Source of the DNA: an uncultured Chitinophagales bacterium
GTDB lineage: Bacteria > Bacteroidota > Bacteroidia > Chitinophagales > JAHDHT01
Reading direction: 5' to 3'
Length of the DNA: 64,000 nucleotides
NCBI GenBank assembly: GCA_938023075.1
Contig: CALHDG010000126.1
Coordinates: forward strand, 21,838-85,837
Part shown: one piece after another, positions 31,022-41,755 of the stretch
Layout: the number at the start of each line of letters is the position of its first letter
Numbering within the stretch: position 1 is the stretch's first letter
The notes under the pieces: generated by a model
Told to the model about the DNA's origin: nothing
The model's database searches: none
The model's input: the letters and a program-made list of their open reading frames with translations, nothing else
Position numbers and translations under genes: made by a program

Positions 31022-32275
31022 TTAAGATCTGTTTTTGTAATTCTTTTTATTACCACTAAAACGCTTTTTACCGCCATAGCCCTTTTTACTTTTACTTGAA
31101 CTGTAGCCTCTGTTTCTTTCGGTTAGGTCAACTTTACTGAAACCTTTGGGTAATTGCATTTTAGGAACTTCTTGTTGAATTAGTTTTTCAATTTTTTTAA
31201 ATTTATAGTTTTCTTCCGGATCGATCAGGGTAATTGCCAAACCTGTATTTTCAGCTCGTGCTGTCCTGCCAACTCTATGTACATAATCTTCGGCTCCGGG
31301 TACATTATAATTGATGATTAACGAGATATCATCAATATCAATACCTCTTGAAACAATATCAGTTGCTACCAACATTTGAATGGTTTTATTTTTAAACTTA
31401 CGTAAAACCTGTTCTCTTTCACTTTGCTCTAAGTCTGATTGAATTTGATCGACTGCAAACTTTTTAGCATTTAAAGCACGCGTAATAGATTTTACATCGG
31501 AGCGGGTTGAGGCAAAAATTAAAATGCTTTTATAGCTTTTTTTGCCATCTAACATGTTTTCGATCAACTTAATTTTTTCGTTGCTCATTACATAATAGGC
31601 GGCTTGCAAAACACCATCGGCAGTTTTACTAATGGCTATATTTACTTCTGCCGGATCGGGCTTTAATATCTTTTTTGCCAACTGTCGTATTTTTGGAGGC
31701 ATAGTAGCAGAAAACAACAAAGTTTGCCGGTCTTTGGGTAAAAAGGAAATGATTTTCATAATATCATCGTGAAAACCCATATCCAACATCCGGTCGGCTT
31801 CATCTAAAATTAAAAATTGTAACTGCTTACTTTTTACATAACCCAAGCGCAAATGCGAGAGCAACTTACCCGGTGTAGCGATAATAATATTGGCTCCTTC
31901 GGTTAAAGCTTTTTTCTGTTGTACAAACTCTACACCATCGGTACCCCCATAAATGGCTAAAGAACTAATGCCGGTAAAATAGCCGAGTGCATCCACTTGT
32001 TGATCTATTTGTAAAGCCAACTCGCGGGTAGGAGCAATTACAATGGCATCAATATGTTTGCCTGAATTTGATTTCCCTATTGTATCAATAATGGGTAATA
32101 AAAAAGCAGCAGTTTTTCCGGTACCGGTTTGCGCACAAGCGATAATGTCGCTACCCTCTTGTATAACGGGTATAGCTTGTTGTTGAATGGGCGTAGGTTT
32201 TGAAAACCCCATAGCAGTTAATCCATCAAAAAGGTCGCTATTAAATTTAAATTGACTAAAGTTTTCTTCTGACAC
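31022..32275 (-). CDS. DEAD-box ATP-dependent RNA helicase with a basic C-terminal tail
   Basis: Carries AQTGTGKT (motif I), LDEAD (II), SAT (III) and HRVGRTAR (VI). Confidence 0.85.
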   Translation of the reverse strand: MSEENFSQFKFNSDLFDGLTAMGFSKPTPIQQQAIPVIQEGSDIIACAQTGTGKTAAFLLPIIDTIGKSNSGKHIDAIVIAPTRELALQIDQQVDALGYFTGISSLAIYGGTDGVEFVQQKKALTEGANIIIATPGKLLSHLRLGYVKSKQLQFLILDEADRMLDMGFHDDIMKIISFLPKDRQTLLFSATMPPKIRQLAKKILKPDPAEVNIAISKTADGVLQAAYYVMSNEKIKLIENMLDGKKSYKSILIFASTRSDVKSITRALNAKKFAVDQIQSDLEQSEREQVLRKFKNKTIQMLVATDIVSRGIDIDDISLIINYNVPGAEDYVHRVGRTARAENTGLAITLIDPEENYKFKKIEKLIQQEVPKMQLPKGFSKVDLTERNRGYSSSKSKKGYGGKKRFSGNKKNYKNRS

Positions 32276-32387
32276 GTTATTATTTCATTTTACTTTGTTT
32301 TCAGATGGTATAATTTAGTTTTGCATCTATATTTTATTAGACGTATTTTTTTTCTGTTGGCAATCTTTATATGATGAATATTAAATA

Positions 32388-33359
32388 TTAATGTTCAAAT
32401 AATTGATTTAAAAGTGTTTGTTTGCCGGCATACTTGTTCAACACATCCAATGCTTCAATCTTATCTTGATGCATCGCTTCGATCATTTTTTCAATACTTA
32501 CAAAATATTGATCTTCCCTTATTTTTTTTATGAAATATATTTTTAAGGTTTCTCCATATAAATCATCTTTAAAATCGAAAATATTAACTTCAATAGAACG
32601 GTTTTTCCCTTGTAAAGTGGGCCTGTTGCCAATATACAACATGCCTTGTTTTAAGGTTTCATTGCGTTTGACCAATACAGCATATATGCCTTCATTGGGT
32701 ATTAATTTAGCAGGCTCTTCAATTTGTAAATTAGCTGTTGGAAAACCAATAGTAGCCCCAATTTGCTCCCCTTTAATTACAATGCCTTTTAGTGTATACG
32801 GATGCCCAAGTAGTTCATTCGCTTTTTCAATTTGACCTTTTGTTAAATATTGACGAATTTTAGTGGAGCTTACTGACATATCTTCTATTTGTTGTTTCGA
32901 TATTTCTTCAACCGAATAAGCATTTGTTTTGGCATATTCGTTTAACAAATTGATATTACCGGCTCTATTTTTGCCAAACTGATGATTATATCCAATTACG
33001 ATAATTTTAGGACTAAAGTTACGTACCAAAAAATCATTAATGTATTTTTCGGGGCTTTGGTTAGAAAAATTCCGGTTAAACGCTACAATTACTAAATTTT
33101 GTACACCGTACTGAGTTAGCAATTCAATTTTTTCGTCAATAGTGTTTAACAATTGTATGTTGGGTTCGGTTTGTACTACAATGCGTGGATGTGGATGAAA
33201 AGTTACGATTAAACTTTCTCCATCTATATCTTTAGCCCGGTTGTTTAAGCGTTGTATCAATTTTTGATGTCCGTGATGTACGCCATCAAAAGTGCCCACT
33301 GTTAGTACGGTGTTTTTTAAAGCAGGTAAATTAATAAGATCTTTAAAAACCCGCATCAT
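32388..33359 (-). CDS. ribF: Bifunctional riboflavin kinase / FAD synthetase
   Basis: Contains the GTFDGVHHGHQ nucleotidyltransferase motif and a C-terminal riboflavin-kinase domain (GFPTANL). It overlaps the truB stop. Confidence 0.85.
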   Translation of the reverse strand: MMRVFKDLINLPALKNTVLTVGTFDGVHHGHQKLIQRLNNRAKDIDGESLIVTFHPHPRIVVQTEPNIQLLNTIDEKIELLTQYGVQNLVIVAFNRNFSNQSPEKYINDFLVRNFSPKIIVIGYNHQFGKNRAGNINLLNEYAKTNAYSVEEISKQQIEDMSVSSTKIRQYLTKGQIEKANELLGHPYTLKGIVIKGEQIGATIGFPTANLQIEEPAKLIPNEGIYAVLVKRNETLKQGMLYIGNRPTLQGKNRSIEVNIFDFKDDLYGETLKIYFIKKIREDQYFVSIEKMIEAMHQDKIEALDVLNKYAGKQTLLNQLFEH

Positions 33360-34071
33360 CTGTTTTTAAAACATTAATTAATTCGTCAATGCGGTGTGCT
33401 CGTTCAACGGAATGATCCCCAATTTTTGTTCTTCTTAATGCACTTAAATGGGCGGCATTATCTAAAAACAAACCAAAGTCATGAGCAATGGTTCTAATAT
33501 AAGTTCCTTTGCCGCAGACGATCTTAAAAAAAACTTCAAGACAGTGTTGGTTGGTTTCGCTAGCTTGCATATTGATATCTATCACTTCAAACTCTTCCAT
33601 ATAAACCCACCTCTTTTTTTCTGGTACGGCTTGTCCTTTTCTAATGCGTTCGTAATTTCTTTTACCTGCTTGTTTTACTGCCGAATATGCTGGGGCTATT
33701 TGTTCTTGCCAACCAATAAAGGCTTTTGTTGCTTCTATAATTTGTTCTTTTTTAATATGATGGGTGTCACAAGTTCTATCAATCTCAGTTTCTGCATCAT
33801 AAGATGGCGTGCTCGCGCCAATGCTAATACAACCGGTATATTCTTTCTTTAAACTTTGAAACTGCTCTATCTGCTTGGTCATTTTACCGGTGCACAAAAT
33901 CAATAATCCGGTGGCTAAGGGATCTAAAGTGCCGGCATGTCCCACTTTTTTTAAGCGTAGTGCCGACCGTAGTTTATTCACCACATCAAAAGAAGTCCAT
34001 TTAGATGGTTTGTCAACCAGCAGCATGGCTCCTTCTTGTAATTCTTCTATTGTCATTTTGTTAATCAACAA
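33343..34071 (-). CDS. truB: tRNA pseudouridine(55) synthase
   Basis: Contains the catalytic [13 protein letters not shown] motif. Length is 242 aa. Confidence 0.85.
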   Translation of the reverse strand: MLINKMTIEELQEGAMLLVDKPSKWTSFDVVNKLRSALRLKKVGHAGTLDPLATGLLILCTGKMTKQIEQFQSLKKEYTGCISIGASTPSYDAETEIDRTCDTHHIKKEQIIEATKAFIGWQEQIAPAYSAVKQAGKRNYERIRKGQAVPEKKRWVYMEEFEVIDINMQASETNQHCLEVFFKIVCGKGTYIRTIAHDFGLFLDNAAHLSALRRTKIGDHSVERAHRIDELINVLKTDDAGF

Positions 34072-34130
34072 TCTTTATAAACACTATACCATTATAAAAC
34101 TAATAGTAAAGATGCCATCATGCTTATTCT

Positions 34131-34397
34131 TTAAGCCTTTTTTTTTAACTCTTCAATTATTTGGCGTTGTTTATCTAAAAGGTCCTCTTTTGTTTTTAAT
34201 TCTCCTTCAAGCCCTTTGTTCTCTTTTTTAAGCGTATCTTTTTGTTGGGCAAGTTCGTCGTTCAGTTTTGTTAAGGCTTCTTTTTCTCTAACGTGTTTAT
34301 CTATTCTATCTTCTACTTCTTCCTCAACAATCATCTGTTTTAATACCTCTTCATCGGTAGCACCTTTTACATCATATATCGGATTAATAATTCGCAT
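34131..34397 (-). CDS. Hypothetical coiled-coil protein
   Basis: 88-aa ORF rich in E/K heptads, with no recognised family. Confidence 0.4.
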   Translation of the reverse strand: MRIINPIYDVKGATDEEVLKQMIVEEEVEDRIDKHVREKEALTKLNDELAQQKDTLKKENKGLEGELKTKEDLLDKQRQIIEELKKKA

Positions 34398-34463
34398 ACT
34401 GTGTTGGGTAAAAATACACTTTTAATTTGAAAGCAGCTATACTTTTAATGCTACATAGAAATA

Positions 34464-35252
34464 TTATAGTAAGCCAACTAAAATACTAATAGTACCCACT
34501 AAAAAACAATAAAGCGCAAAGTAAAGCAGTTTGCTGTTTTTTACCAACTGAATCATCCATGTACAAGCGAATAAACCGGTTAAAAAGGCTGCTACAAAAC
34601 CAAGTGACATATTAGTAATATCTTGACTTGTATAGTTTGTTGGATTGATGTCTCCAATATCTAAAATACTGGCACCAATTATTGGAGGAATAACCATTAA
34701 AAACGAAAAGCGGGCAATATGATTTCGATTGACCCCTTGTAACAAACCGGTGGCAATAGTAGCACCCGACCTTGATATACCCGGCATTACCGCTATGGCT
34801 TGTGCAATACCGATAATAAATGCGGAAGAATAACCCAATGGCTTGGCGGCTGAATTCATTTTTTCAGAAAGCAATAGTAAAGCCCCGGTAACTAATAGCA
34901 TAGCACCAACCAACACAATGTTGCCGGTAAAAAAGGTTTCCACTTGTTCTTTAAAAAATAAACCAACTATTAGAACGGGCAGCATAGAAATTAGAAGGTA
35001 GCTAACAAAACGGGTTGATTCGTTCCAGCGAAATTGAAACACTTCTTTTATAATATGAAGAATATCTTTTCTAAAAATAACAATGGTACTCAATACGGTA
35101 GCCAAATGAAGAATAAGACTGAACAGCAAATCATCTTTTAAATTGATGTCGAACAGATATTTACCAAGTTCAATATGTCCACTGCTGCTAACGGGTAAAA
35201 ATTCGGTTAAGCCTTGTATAATGCCCAGTAAAATAGCTTCGATGCTGTTCAC
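34464..35252 (-). CDS. uppP: Undecaprenyl-diphosphate phosphatase
   Basis: 262 aa and polytopic. Contains the EFLPVSSSGH and PGISRSGATI signature motifs. Confidence 0.85.
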   Translation of the reverse strand: MNSIEAILLGIIQGLTEFLPVSSSGHIELGKYLFDINLKDDLLFSLILHLATVLSTIVIFRKDILHIIKEVFQFRWNESTRFVSYLLISMLPVLIVGLFFKEQVETFFTGNIVLVGAMLLVTGALLLLSEKMNSAAKPLGYSSAFIIGIAQAIAVMPGISRSGATIATGLLQGVNRNHIARFSFLMVIPPIIGASILDIGDINPTNYTSQDITNMSLGFVAAFLTGLFACTWMIQLVKNSKLLYFALYCFLVGTISILVGLL

Positions 35253-35263
35253 TCAATAAGTTG

Positions 35264-35755
35264 TTAATCGGCTTGTAAAACCCAAGTAACATTTTTACCT
35301 GTTTTTTTACTTTTTGGAAACTTGGTTCCTTTATTTACTTTTATCACTTCTTCAGTACGGGTTTTGCAAAAATAAGTACCGGCAATTTTACACTTTTGCC
35401 CCGTTTGAAAAGTTTTGCTTAAGTGCGTTTGTCCTTCAGTTACTTTTTTGGTTTCGGTTTTTTCATCGGCTTCTTCTATAATTTTTTCTATACTTCTATC
35501 TGCCAAATTGGGTTTTAGTAAAATGGCATAAATCTGCACAATTAATCCGGCAATAATTAAAATTGGTGCCAAAGTGATGCGTCTGAAACTATATAACTCT
35601 TCAGGATTGTACACATTGGGGTCGGTAGTTTTACCACCAATCATAAATAAAAAACCCAGTACCATTAAGCCTAAGCCAATTCCTACATATTTAAAGTTTC
35701 GCTTATCAAACAAAAACTGATGTTTATACGGTCTTCTTTCTTCTTGCATTGCCAT
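35264..35755 (-). CDS. DUF3098-like two-TM protein with an extra C-terminal soluble domain
   Basis: FLFDKRNFKYVGIGLGLMVLGFLFMIGG matches my memory of DUF3098, which usually sits next to uppP in Bacteroidota. The ~60-aa tail (GQKCKIAGTYFC...VNKGTKFP...VTWVL) looks YjzC-like. Confidence 0.55.
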   Translation of the reverse strand: MAMQEERRPYKHQFLFDKRNFKYVGIGLGLMVLGFLFMIGGKTTDPNVYNPEELYSFRRITLAPILIIAGLIVQIYAILLKPNLADRSIEKIIEEADEKTETKKVTEGQTHLSKTFQTGQKCKIAGTYFCKTRTEEVIKVNKGTKFPKSKKTGKNVTWVLQAD

Positions 35756-35858
35756 ATGTGTTTAACGCTTATTCGTGCGCAAAAATATGTTTTATTGGTT
35801 TAGTATTCAAAGATTAACGTTATTTATTATTATCAAGTGGATATTAATGGAAAGCAAT

Positions 35859-38636
35859 CTATTTTACAATCAGTACCTTCCTTCCTAAGGTTAACTCATC
35901 TATTTGAATCTTGAAATAATACATGCCATCTTCTAACGCTTGAAAATTTATGGATAGCTCAAGATTTTCCAATGGAATGGATGGATGGATTTGTTGTCCT
36001 TGCATATTACATAAAACAAAAGATGCTTGCTCAAAGTTTGAGTTTTCGATATGAATTGTAAACAGACCATTGCTTGGATTGGGGTAAATATTAACCATAT
36101 CATTCATACTTTCTTCTGCTTTGCAATGTTCTAAAATTTCTTCAATAGAATTACATCCAGCCGTATTTTGTTTTATAAAGTTGCTAATATTTGGGCTATT
36201 GCAAATAATTGGCAAGTTACATCTGCTTAGTGAGGGGTTGTTAATAAATCTAACCTGTTCACCTATAAAATTTAAGCTATCTAAGTTCTCTAAGCCAAAC
36301 AATAATTTATTATCAAATATATTTAAACTCTCTCCGATAAAATTTAAACGATCTAAACCTTTTAAACTAGTTAATGCTGGCAAGTGAGTAATTTGAAAGG
36401 TGCCACCAACAGATTGTAAGTTATCCAACCCATTAAAATTCCTCAAGTTATCATTACCTTCATAAAAGTACGTAAAAATATCAGAAGTTCCTGTAAAATT
36501 TTCATCTATATATTCTCGTCCAACAACGCCTCCTACTCCAAAATATCCACCAACGCTATTTAAGTTTTCTAAACCAGTAAAATCGATTAAGTTATGATTT
36601 TCGGTTACTTTAAAATAATCTGTAATTGTTTTTAAATTGTTTAAACCTGTTAAACTATTGATATTGTTTGAACGGATAACCAACGTGTTGAGCCTTGTAA
36701 TTTGTTCTATACCTTTTAAAGTTTTTAAGTTTTTGTTTTTTTCAATAACTAAATCGCCAATGGATTTTACATAATATAAAAAATTGAGATTAGAGATGGG
36801 CGTATTAAAAATTGTTACGCCTTTGGGTAATGAGTTGATGTTTGTTAAACCCGGTAAATGATTAATAAGGTTAGAAGCACCCTGTATATGCAAGCCCCCA
36901 ACTTCATTTAGGTTACGCAAAGCAGAAATATCATTTAAGATGGGATTTGACAAACTGAGATAACCTTTTATCGTATCAAGATTTTCCAAACCTGATAGTG
37001 AAGTCAAATTAGTATTTGAACTTATATAAAAATCTCCGTTTACTTGCCTGAGATTTTCTAAGCCAGATAAATCACTTAATGGTGTATTATGAATACTAAA
37101 ATTGTTGACCGTATTAAGGCTCATTAAGCTCGACAAACTGCCTATATTTCCATTAATAGAAAAACTATGACCAACAGAACTAAGACTTTCCAAACCCAAT
37201 ATGGTAGTTGATTCAGAGTTGCCCAATAAAGGAATTGCTATCCTTATACCTCCACCAACAGATTCAAGATTTTTTAATCCTTCTAAACTTTTTAAATTAC
37301 GATTACTAGTCACTTCTAGTCCACCACCAATAGAATCGAGGTTTTCCAGACCAGCAAGAGAGGTTAATGCGGTATTATAATATATTTCAAAGTCATCGGC
37401 AATGTACTTAAGATTAGCTAAACCAAATATATTAGTTAGGGTATAATTGGAATTAAGTGTAAAATTTTGTCCAATTGAACTTAGGTTGTTTAAATCATCA
37501 ATATTACTTAGGGCTTCATTATAAGTTAGAATAAAACTACCACCTACCAAATTAAGATTGTTTATTCCAGACAGATCGGTTAAAGCAAGATTGCGCGAAA
37601 TAGATAAATTAGATTGAATAGTCCGAATATTCTCTAAACCGCTTAGATTTTTTAGTATAGGATTTTTGCTAATACTTAAATACTCAATTGATGGACCTAA
37701 GTTTTCCCAATTTGCTAAATTGATTAATTCATCATTTTCACGAATTAAAATATTTCCTCCAACTGTATCGAGTTTACTTAATGAAGATAAACTGATTAAG
37801 CTTGAATTTTTGTAAATATCCATCTTATCACCAACAAAACTAAGCTTGTTAAAACCATTTAAATTAGTAAGATTGGTGTTTTCTTCTACAACAAAACTTC
37901 CATCAATAGTGCTAAGGTTGTTTAGTCCATTTAGGTTAGATAAAGTGCTGTTTTTAACAATTGTAAAATCTTTATAAATATACTTAAGGTTATTTAATCC
38001 TTTTATGTGAGACAATTTTGGATTATTTTCAAGCATAAAATTACCTTCTATTGAATTGAGATTGTTTAAACCGGTTATGTTTTCTAAAGTATCATTGTAG
38101 ATGATTTCGAGATTTCCTTCAATTAAATCTAAATTTTCAAAACCAGCAATGTTTGATAAATTAGCATTACTATAAAGGTGTAAAGTTCCTTTGATATTAC
38201 TTAGCATATTTAAATCCGATAGTTCCGTTAAACTGGAATTTTCTGAAATTGCCAAATTACCTCCAACAGAAGAAAGATTAGATAAATTGGACAAATCAGT
38301 TAAGCTAGCATTTTCATGAATACTTAAATTACCACCAATAGAATTAAGGTTGTGTAAACCAAACAAATTGTGTAATGCTTCATTGCGAATAATACGAAGT
38401 TGACCATTAACTGCTGTAAGATTCTCTAAGGCGGATAAATTGTTAATAGATGCATTGAGTTCATTAAACTTGCCAATTTCTAAGCTGCCATCAAGCTCTT
38501 TGCAGTCAGGATATTTCAGGGCAAATGAATCCACCTCTTCTTGAGTACTTAGTTGAACACTGCCTGTAGGGCATTGACCACAAACAAGTGAGCATTGTAA
38601 AACTATAGCAGAAAATAAAACCAAAAATTTGTTCAT
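35859..38636 (-). CDS. Leucine-rich-repeat (receptor L-domain-like) surface protein with T9SS C-terminal sorting domain
   Basis: Signal peptide then QCPTG...C.ELDGSLEI cap. About 30 repeats of ~22-24 aa follow (L.nL.siGGnL.I..N..L.nLsGLenL). The C-terminus NIYPNPSNGLFTI...KVLIVK is typical of T9SS CTDs. Confidence 0.8.
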   Translation of the reverse strand: MNKFLVLFSAIVLQCSLVCGQCPTGSVQLSTQEEVDSFALKYPDCKELDGSLEIGKFNELNASINNLSALENLTAVNGQLRIIRNEALHNLFGLHNLNSIGGNLSIHENASLTDLSNLSNLSSVGGNLAISENSSLTELSDLNMLSNIKGTLHLYSNANLSNIAGFENLDLIEGNLEIIYNDTLENITGLNNLNSIEGNFMLENNPKLSHIKGLNNLKYIYKDFTIVKNSTLSNLNGLNNLSTIDGSFVVEENTNLTNLNGFNKLSFVGDKMDIYKNSSLISLSSLSKLDTVGGNILIRENDELINLANWENLGPSIEYLSISKNPILKNLSGLENIRTIQSNLSISRNLALTDLSGINNLNLVGGSFILTYNEALSNIDDLNNLSSIGQNFTLNSNYTLTNIFGLANLKYIADDFEIYYNTALTSLAGLENLDSIGGGLEVTSNRNLKSLEGLKNLESVGGGIRIAIPLLGNSESTTILGLESLSSVGHSFSINGNIGSLSSLMSLNTVNNFSIHNTPLSDLSGLENLRQVNGDFYISSNTNLTSLSGLENLDTIKGYLSLSNPILNDISALRNLNEVGGLHIQGASNLINHLPGLTNINSLPKGVTIFNTPISNLNFLYYVKSIGDLVIEKNKNLKTLKGIEQITRLNTLVIRSNNINSLTGLNNLKTITDYFKVTENHNLIDFTGLENLNSVGGYFGVGGVVGREYIDENFTGTSDIFTYFYEGNDNLRNFNGLDNLQSVGGTFQITHLPALTSLKGLDRLNFIGESLNIFDNKLLFGLENLDSLNFIGEQVRFINNPSLSRCNLPIICNSPNISNFIKQNTAGCNSIEEILEHCKAEESMNDMVNIYPNPSNGLFTIHIENSNFEQASFVLCNMQGQQIHPSIPLENLELSINFQALEDGMYYFKIQIDELTLGRKVLIVK

Positions 38637-38692
38637 AATTAAAGAGTTAACGATAGGTATTTCTATTTAAAATTCAAATAATCAAGCAGCAA

Positions 38693-41686
38693 CTACTTCA
38701 CCACCACCAACTTCTTCCTAAAAATTAAATCATTTACTAGTATCGTCAAATAATAAACACCATTTGTCAATTCAGGATAATCCAACCAATGTTGATTTTG
38801 TTTCAAATTTATAGGTTGACCAACTTGTTGCCCTTGTGCGTTAAACATACTAAGGGTGGCTTGCTTAAAAGTAGCATCTTCTAAATGAATTTTAAAGATG
38901 CCATTAGTTGGGTTAGGGTAAATGTTTACCATATTGTCTAAACTATTATAAAGAACAAAGACTAAATCATCAGGGTCTGAACAATTATCAATAAAACCCT
39001 CGGGTTGCAGGCAACTGTAAAAGCTAATGTTGGGGTTGCCTAATCCATCCTTATCATAATCTTGGCACCAAACGTTTGCCCGACTTGGATTGCAATTGCA
39101 ATCCTCCTCATTTATTTCACTTACCAAAGCTCGTTTTACAGAGGATATGCGAACTGGAACGCTATAGTCGAAATAAACTGATGACGGACCTTGAATAAAT
39201 GTATATTCTGGTATATCCTGTTTTGCTTTAATCGAGTAACTAATATAACCGTATCGATCTTGTTCTGAAATGGGTGAACTAATATTTTCAAATTTAAAAA
39301 TTATTTCATTAAATTCATTTATAGAAATAGTCAAGTTTTCTAAAAAACTACTGTTAACAAACCGAAAGGTTGATAAATCTAAGGTGGAATCTACGTGTTC
39401 TATTACAGTTATTTTAGAAACCAAATCTTCACTGCTGCTTAAAAAGCGAGTTGTATAAATAATAGGTTCATCAAACAAAATAAAACCACAATTTCTGTTT
39501 GGCTGTATTGTTTTGCCAATTGTACCGTTCGCAAATCCGCAGCCATATTTTGTTTGAAAAACTGTGGTATTAGATTGTTGAGACCCATTTTCATCTTCAA
39601 ATTCAATATAACTTTCAAAAGTTGGTAAGGGTTCACGTTGGGCAATTACCAGATTAATTTGTTTTGTAACTAAATGACTGGGTCCTAAATTATTAAAAAA
39701 CCAACCATAGCGATAAGGAGGAATTAGTGTATCTGGCTCATCAACAAACTGGGTAGCTAAGCTAATAGAATCTATTTGAAACCATAAAATACCTTCAACA
39801 GTAGTAGTTCCGTCGTTTTTACCACTTACAAAAAAGGGAATTGTATCTTGACAAAGTACTAAAGGAGCATTTATTGCTGGTTCCGTTTTAGAAATATTTT
39901 GTTTAGGATATAAACCAAAAATCAGCTCTTTGCATTCACCCTCAGTAAGGCTAATGGTATAACTAAGTGTATTGGTAGTTAAATTCCAATTTTCTAAACT
40001 ATTTTCGTTTATGTTAATTACATATTCGCCAGGGGCTATGGAGTTACTGCTACCTCCGGTTAATGGATTTGAGAGAAGAATTTTTTTTCCTGAACTAATA
40101 TTGACTGAACCAAATGAAACAAACGGTTCATCTATTTCAAAAACACCATTCTGATTTTTATCGAAGAAAAATTGTGTTTTTATTGTGGCAGATTCTGTAC
40201 AGTTTCGCAAAATTGCATCTACACTATTACAATTATCTCCATTATTTTCAATCACTCTGCTACCGTATGAAGTTAAAAGTTTGCAGATTGGTTGGATATT
40301 GCAATTATCAAGTATTTTATTGCCACGAATTTCCAAATTTGAACTGATAGAAGTTACGTTGTTTAACGCATTTAAGTCAGCAAGTTTCGTATTATCATCA
40401 ATTATTAAACTTTTTATCAACTTTAGTTGTTCCAATCCAGTTAAATCTGTTAAAGAGGAATTGTTTTCAATTATCAAACTACTAACCGATTTTAGTTTTT
40501 TCAATCCAGAAAAATTTGTCAAACCAGTTAAGTTTTTAAGCCACAATGAACCAACATGTTCAAGTTTTTCTAATCCGATTAAATTGTTTAAAGCAGCTGA
40601 CTTTTCAATCCATAATCTACTAACAGATTTAAGATTAAAAAGCCCACTTAAGCTTGATAAGGAAGGATTGTTACGGATATCTACAATTCTAACTTTACTT
40701 AAATTTTCTAAGCCAGCCAGGTTCGTCAACTTATCGTTGTCAATGATGTTCAAATCAAGCCCAATAGTATTTAAGTTATTCAAACCAGATAGATTGGTTA
40801 AACTATTGCAATTTAATATACTTAAATCACTTAGAACAACCTTAGTCAAGTTTTCTAAACCGGACAGGCTTCCTAAAGACTGGTTATCCTCAATAATTAA
40901 CGCTTTGTTGATTGATGTTAAACTTTGCAATCCATCAAATTCGATTAACGAGGGGTTTTCCTTAATAATAAACGAATTACCAATTGATTGGAGGTTTTGT
41001 AAAGCAGACAGTTTTTGTAAACTATCGTTTTGTGTAATTATTAAACTACCATTAATTAACTGAAGGTTTTGTAAACTATTTATGCTTTTCATGGAAGCAT
41101 GTTCACCTATCTGTAAAGAACCACCAATTGTTAATAAAGCTTCTAAACCTTTTAAACTTTGTAAAGAATTATTACCAATATCAGTATTGTAGTAACTATA
41201 TGAAGCAAAAGGACCAACACCTATATTTACATTGTTAACAACAGACTCGAGGTTTTCTAATCCTTCTAAATCAATTAAGGCATCATTTCTTGTTACAGTA
41301 AATTTTCCTTCAATGGATTGTAATTTTTCTAATCCTTTTAAATTAATTAAAGACGTATTATTATTAATATATAGTGAGCCAGTTTTCTTTAAATTGTTTA
41401 AACCTTCCAAATTGGTTAGTTTAAAATTATCCTCTATATCTAATCTTGCATTTATACTTTCAATATTTTTTAAAGCAGAAAGATTAGTTATGGAATTGCC
41501 TCCATTTATTTTTACAATACCCGTTATTATTTTGCAGTTTGGAAAATTTATTACAAAAGAATCAACTTGTTCTTGTGTTGTTAATTCAAGTTGCAAAAAA
41601 GAATATTCTTCAATCTCTGGGCATTGTGAGAAAGTTAAATGTATCTTAAAAAGATAAACAATTAAAAATAGTGTTGCTTTTTTCAT
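38693..41686 (-). CDS. LRR/L-domain-like surface protein with middle beta-rich region and T9SS CTD (paralogue 2)
   Basis: It has the same N-terminal cap and LRR array as 35859-38636. It adds a ~400-aa region shared with paralogue 3 and has a T9SS CTD (NIYPNPTNGIFKIHLEDATFKQATLSMFNAQGQQV...). Confidence 0.8.
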   Translation of the reverse strand: MKKATLFLIVYLFKIHLTFSQCPEIEEYSFLQLELTTQEQVDSFVINFPNCKIITGIVKINGGNSITNLSALKNIESINARLDIEDNFKLTNLEGLNNLKKTGSLYINNNTSLINLKGLEKLQSIEGKFTVTRNDALIDLEGLENLESVVNNVNIGVGPFASYSYYNTDIGNNSLQSLKGLEALLTIGGSLQIGEHASMKSINSLQNLQLINGSLIITQNDSLQKLSALQNLQSIGNSFIIKENPSLIEFDGLQSLTSINKALIIEDNQSLGSLSGLENLTKVVLSDLSILNCNSLTNLSGLNNLNTIGLDLNIIDNDKLTNLAGLENLSKVRIVDIRNNPSLSSLSGLFNLKSVSRLWIEKSAALNNLIGLEKLEHVGSLWLKNLTGLTNFSGLKKLKSVSSLIIENNSSLTDLTGLEQLKLIKSLIIDDNTKLADLNALNNVTSISSNLEIRGNKILDNCNIQPICKLLTSYGSRVIENNGDNCNSVDAILRNCTESATIKTQFFFDKNQNGVFEIDEPFVSFGSVNISSGKKILLSNPLTGGSSNSIAPGEYVININENSLENWNLTTNTLSYTISLTEGECKELIFGLYPKQNISKTEPAINAPLVLCQDTIPFFVSGKNDGTTTVEGILWFQIDSISLATQFVDEPDTLIPPYRYGWFFNNLGPSHLVTKQINLVIAQREPLPTFESYIEFEDENGSQQSNTTVFQTKYGCGFANGTIGKTIQPNRNCGFILFDEPIIYTTRFLSSSEDLVSKITVIEHVDSTLDLSTFRFVNSSFLENLTISINEFNEIIFKFENISSPISEQDRYGYISYSIKAKQDIPEYTFIQGPSSVYFDYSVPVRISSVKRALVSEINEEDCNCNPSRANVWCQDYDKDGLGNPNISFYSCLQPEGFIDNCSDPDDLVFVLYNSLDNMVNIYPNPTNGIFKIHLEDATFKQATLSMFNAQGQQVGQPINLKQNQHWLDYPELTNGVYYLTILVNDLIFRKKLVVVK

Positions 41687-41755
41687 ATAAAGTTATTTAA
41701 ATCGCTTGACATAAATATACAAAGAATTGTTTCGTATTTAAGAACAAAATCAGCT

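Noticed and set aside
34131-34397. A possible remnant of a PD-(D/E)XK transposase-like gene, suggested by the N-terminus [10 protein letters not shown]
   Set aside because: Only the first ~10 residues are reminiscent. The rest is a generic E/K coiled coil. The evidence is insufficient, so it is kept as a hypothetical protein.
40185-41063. A 292-aa plus-strand ORF, along with other antisense ORFs at 36121-36387, 41232-41657, 43350-43766 and 44706-45068
   Set aside because: All lie antisense within the long LRR genes. Their translations are low-complexity mirror images of the LRR periodicity (F/S/K/L-rich). The minus-strand ORFs have signal peptides, coherent repeats and T9SS CTDs.
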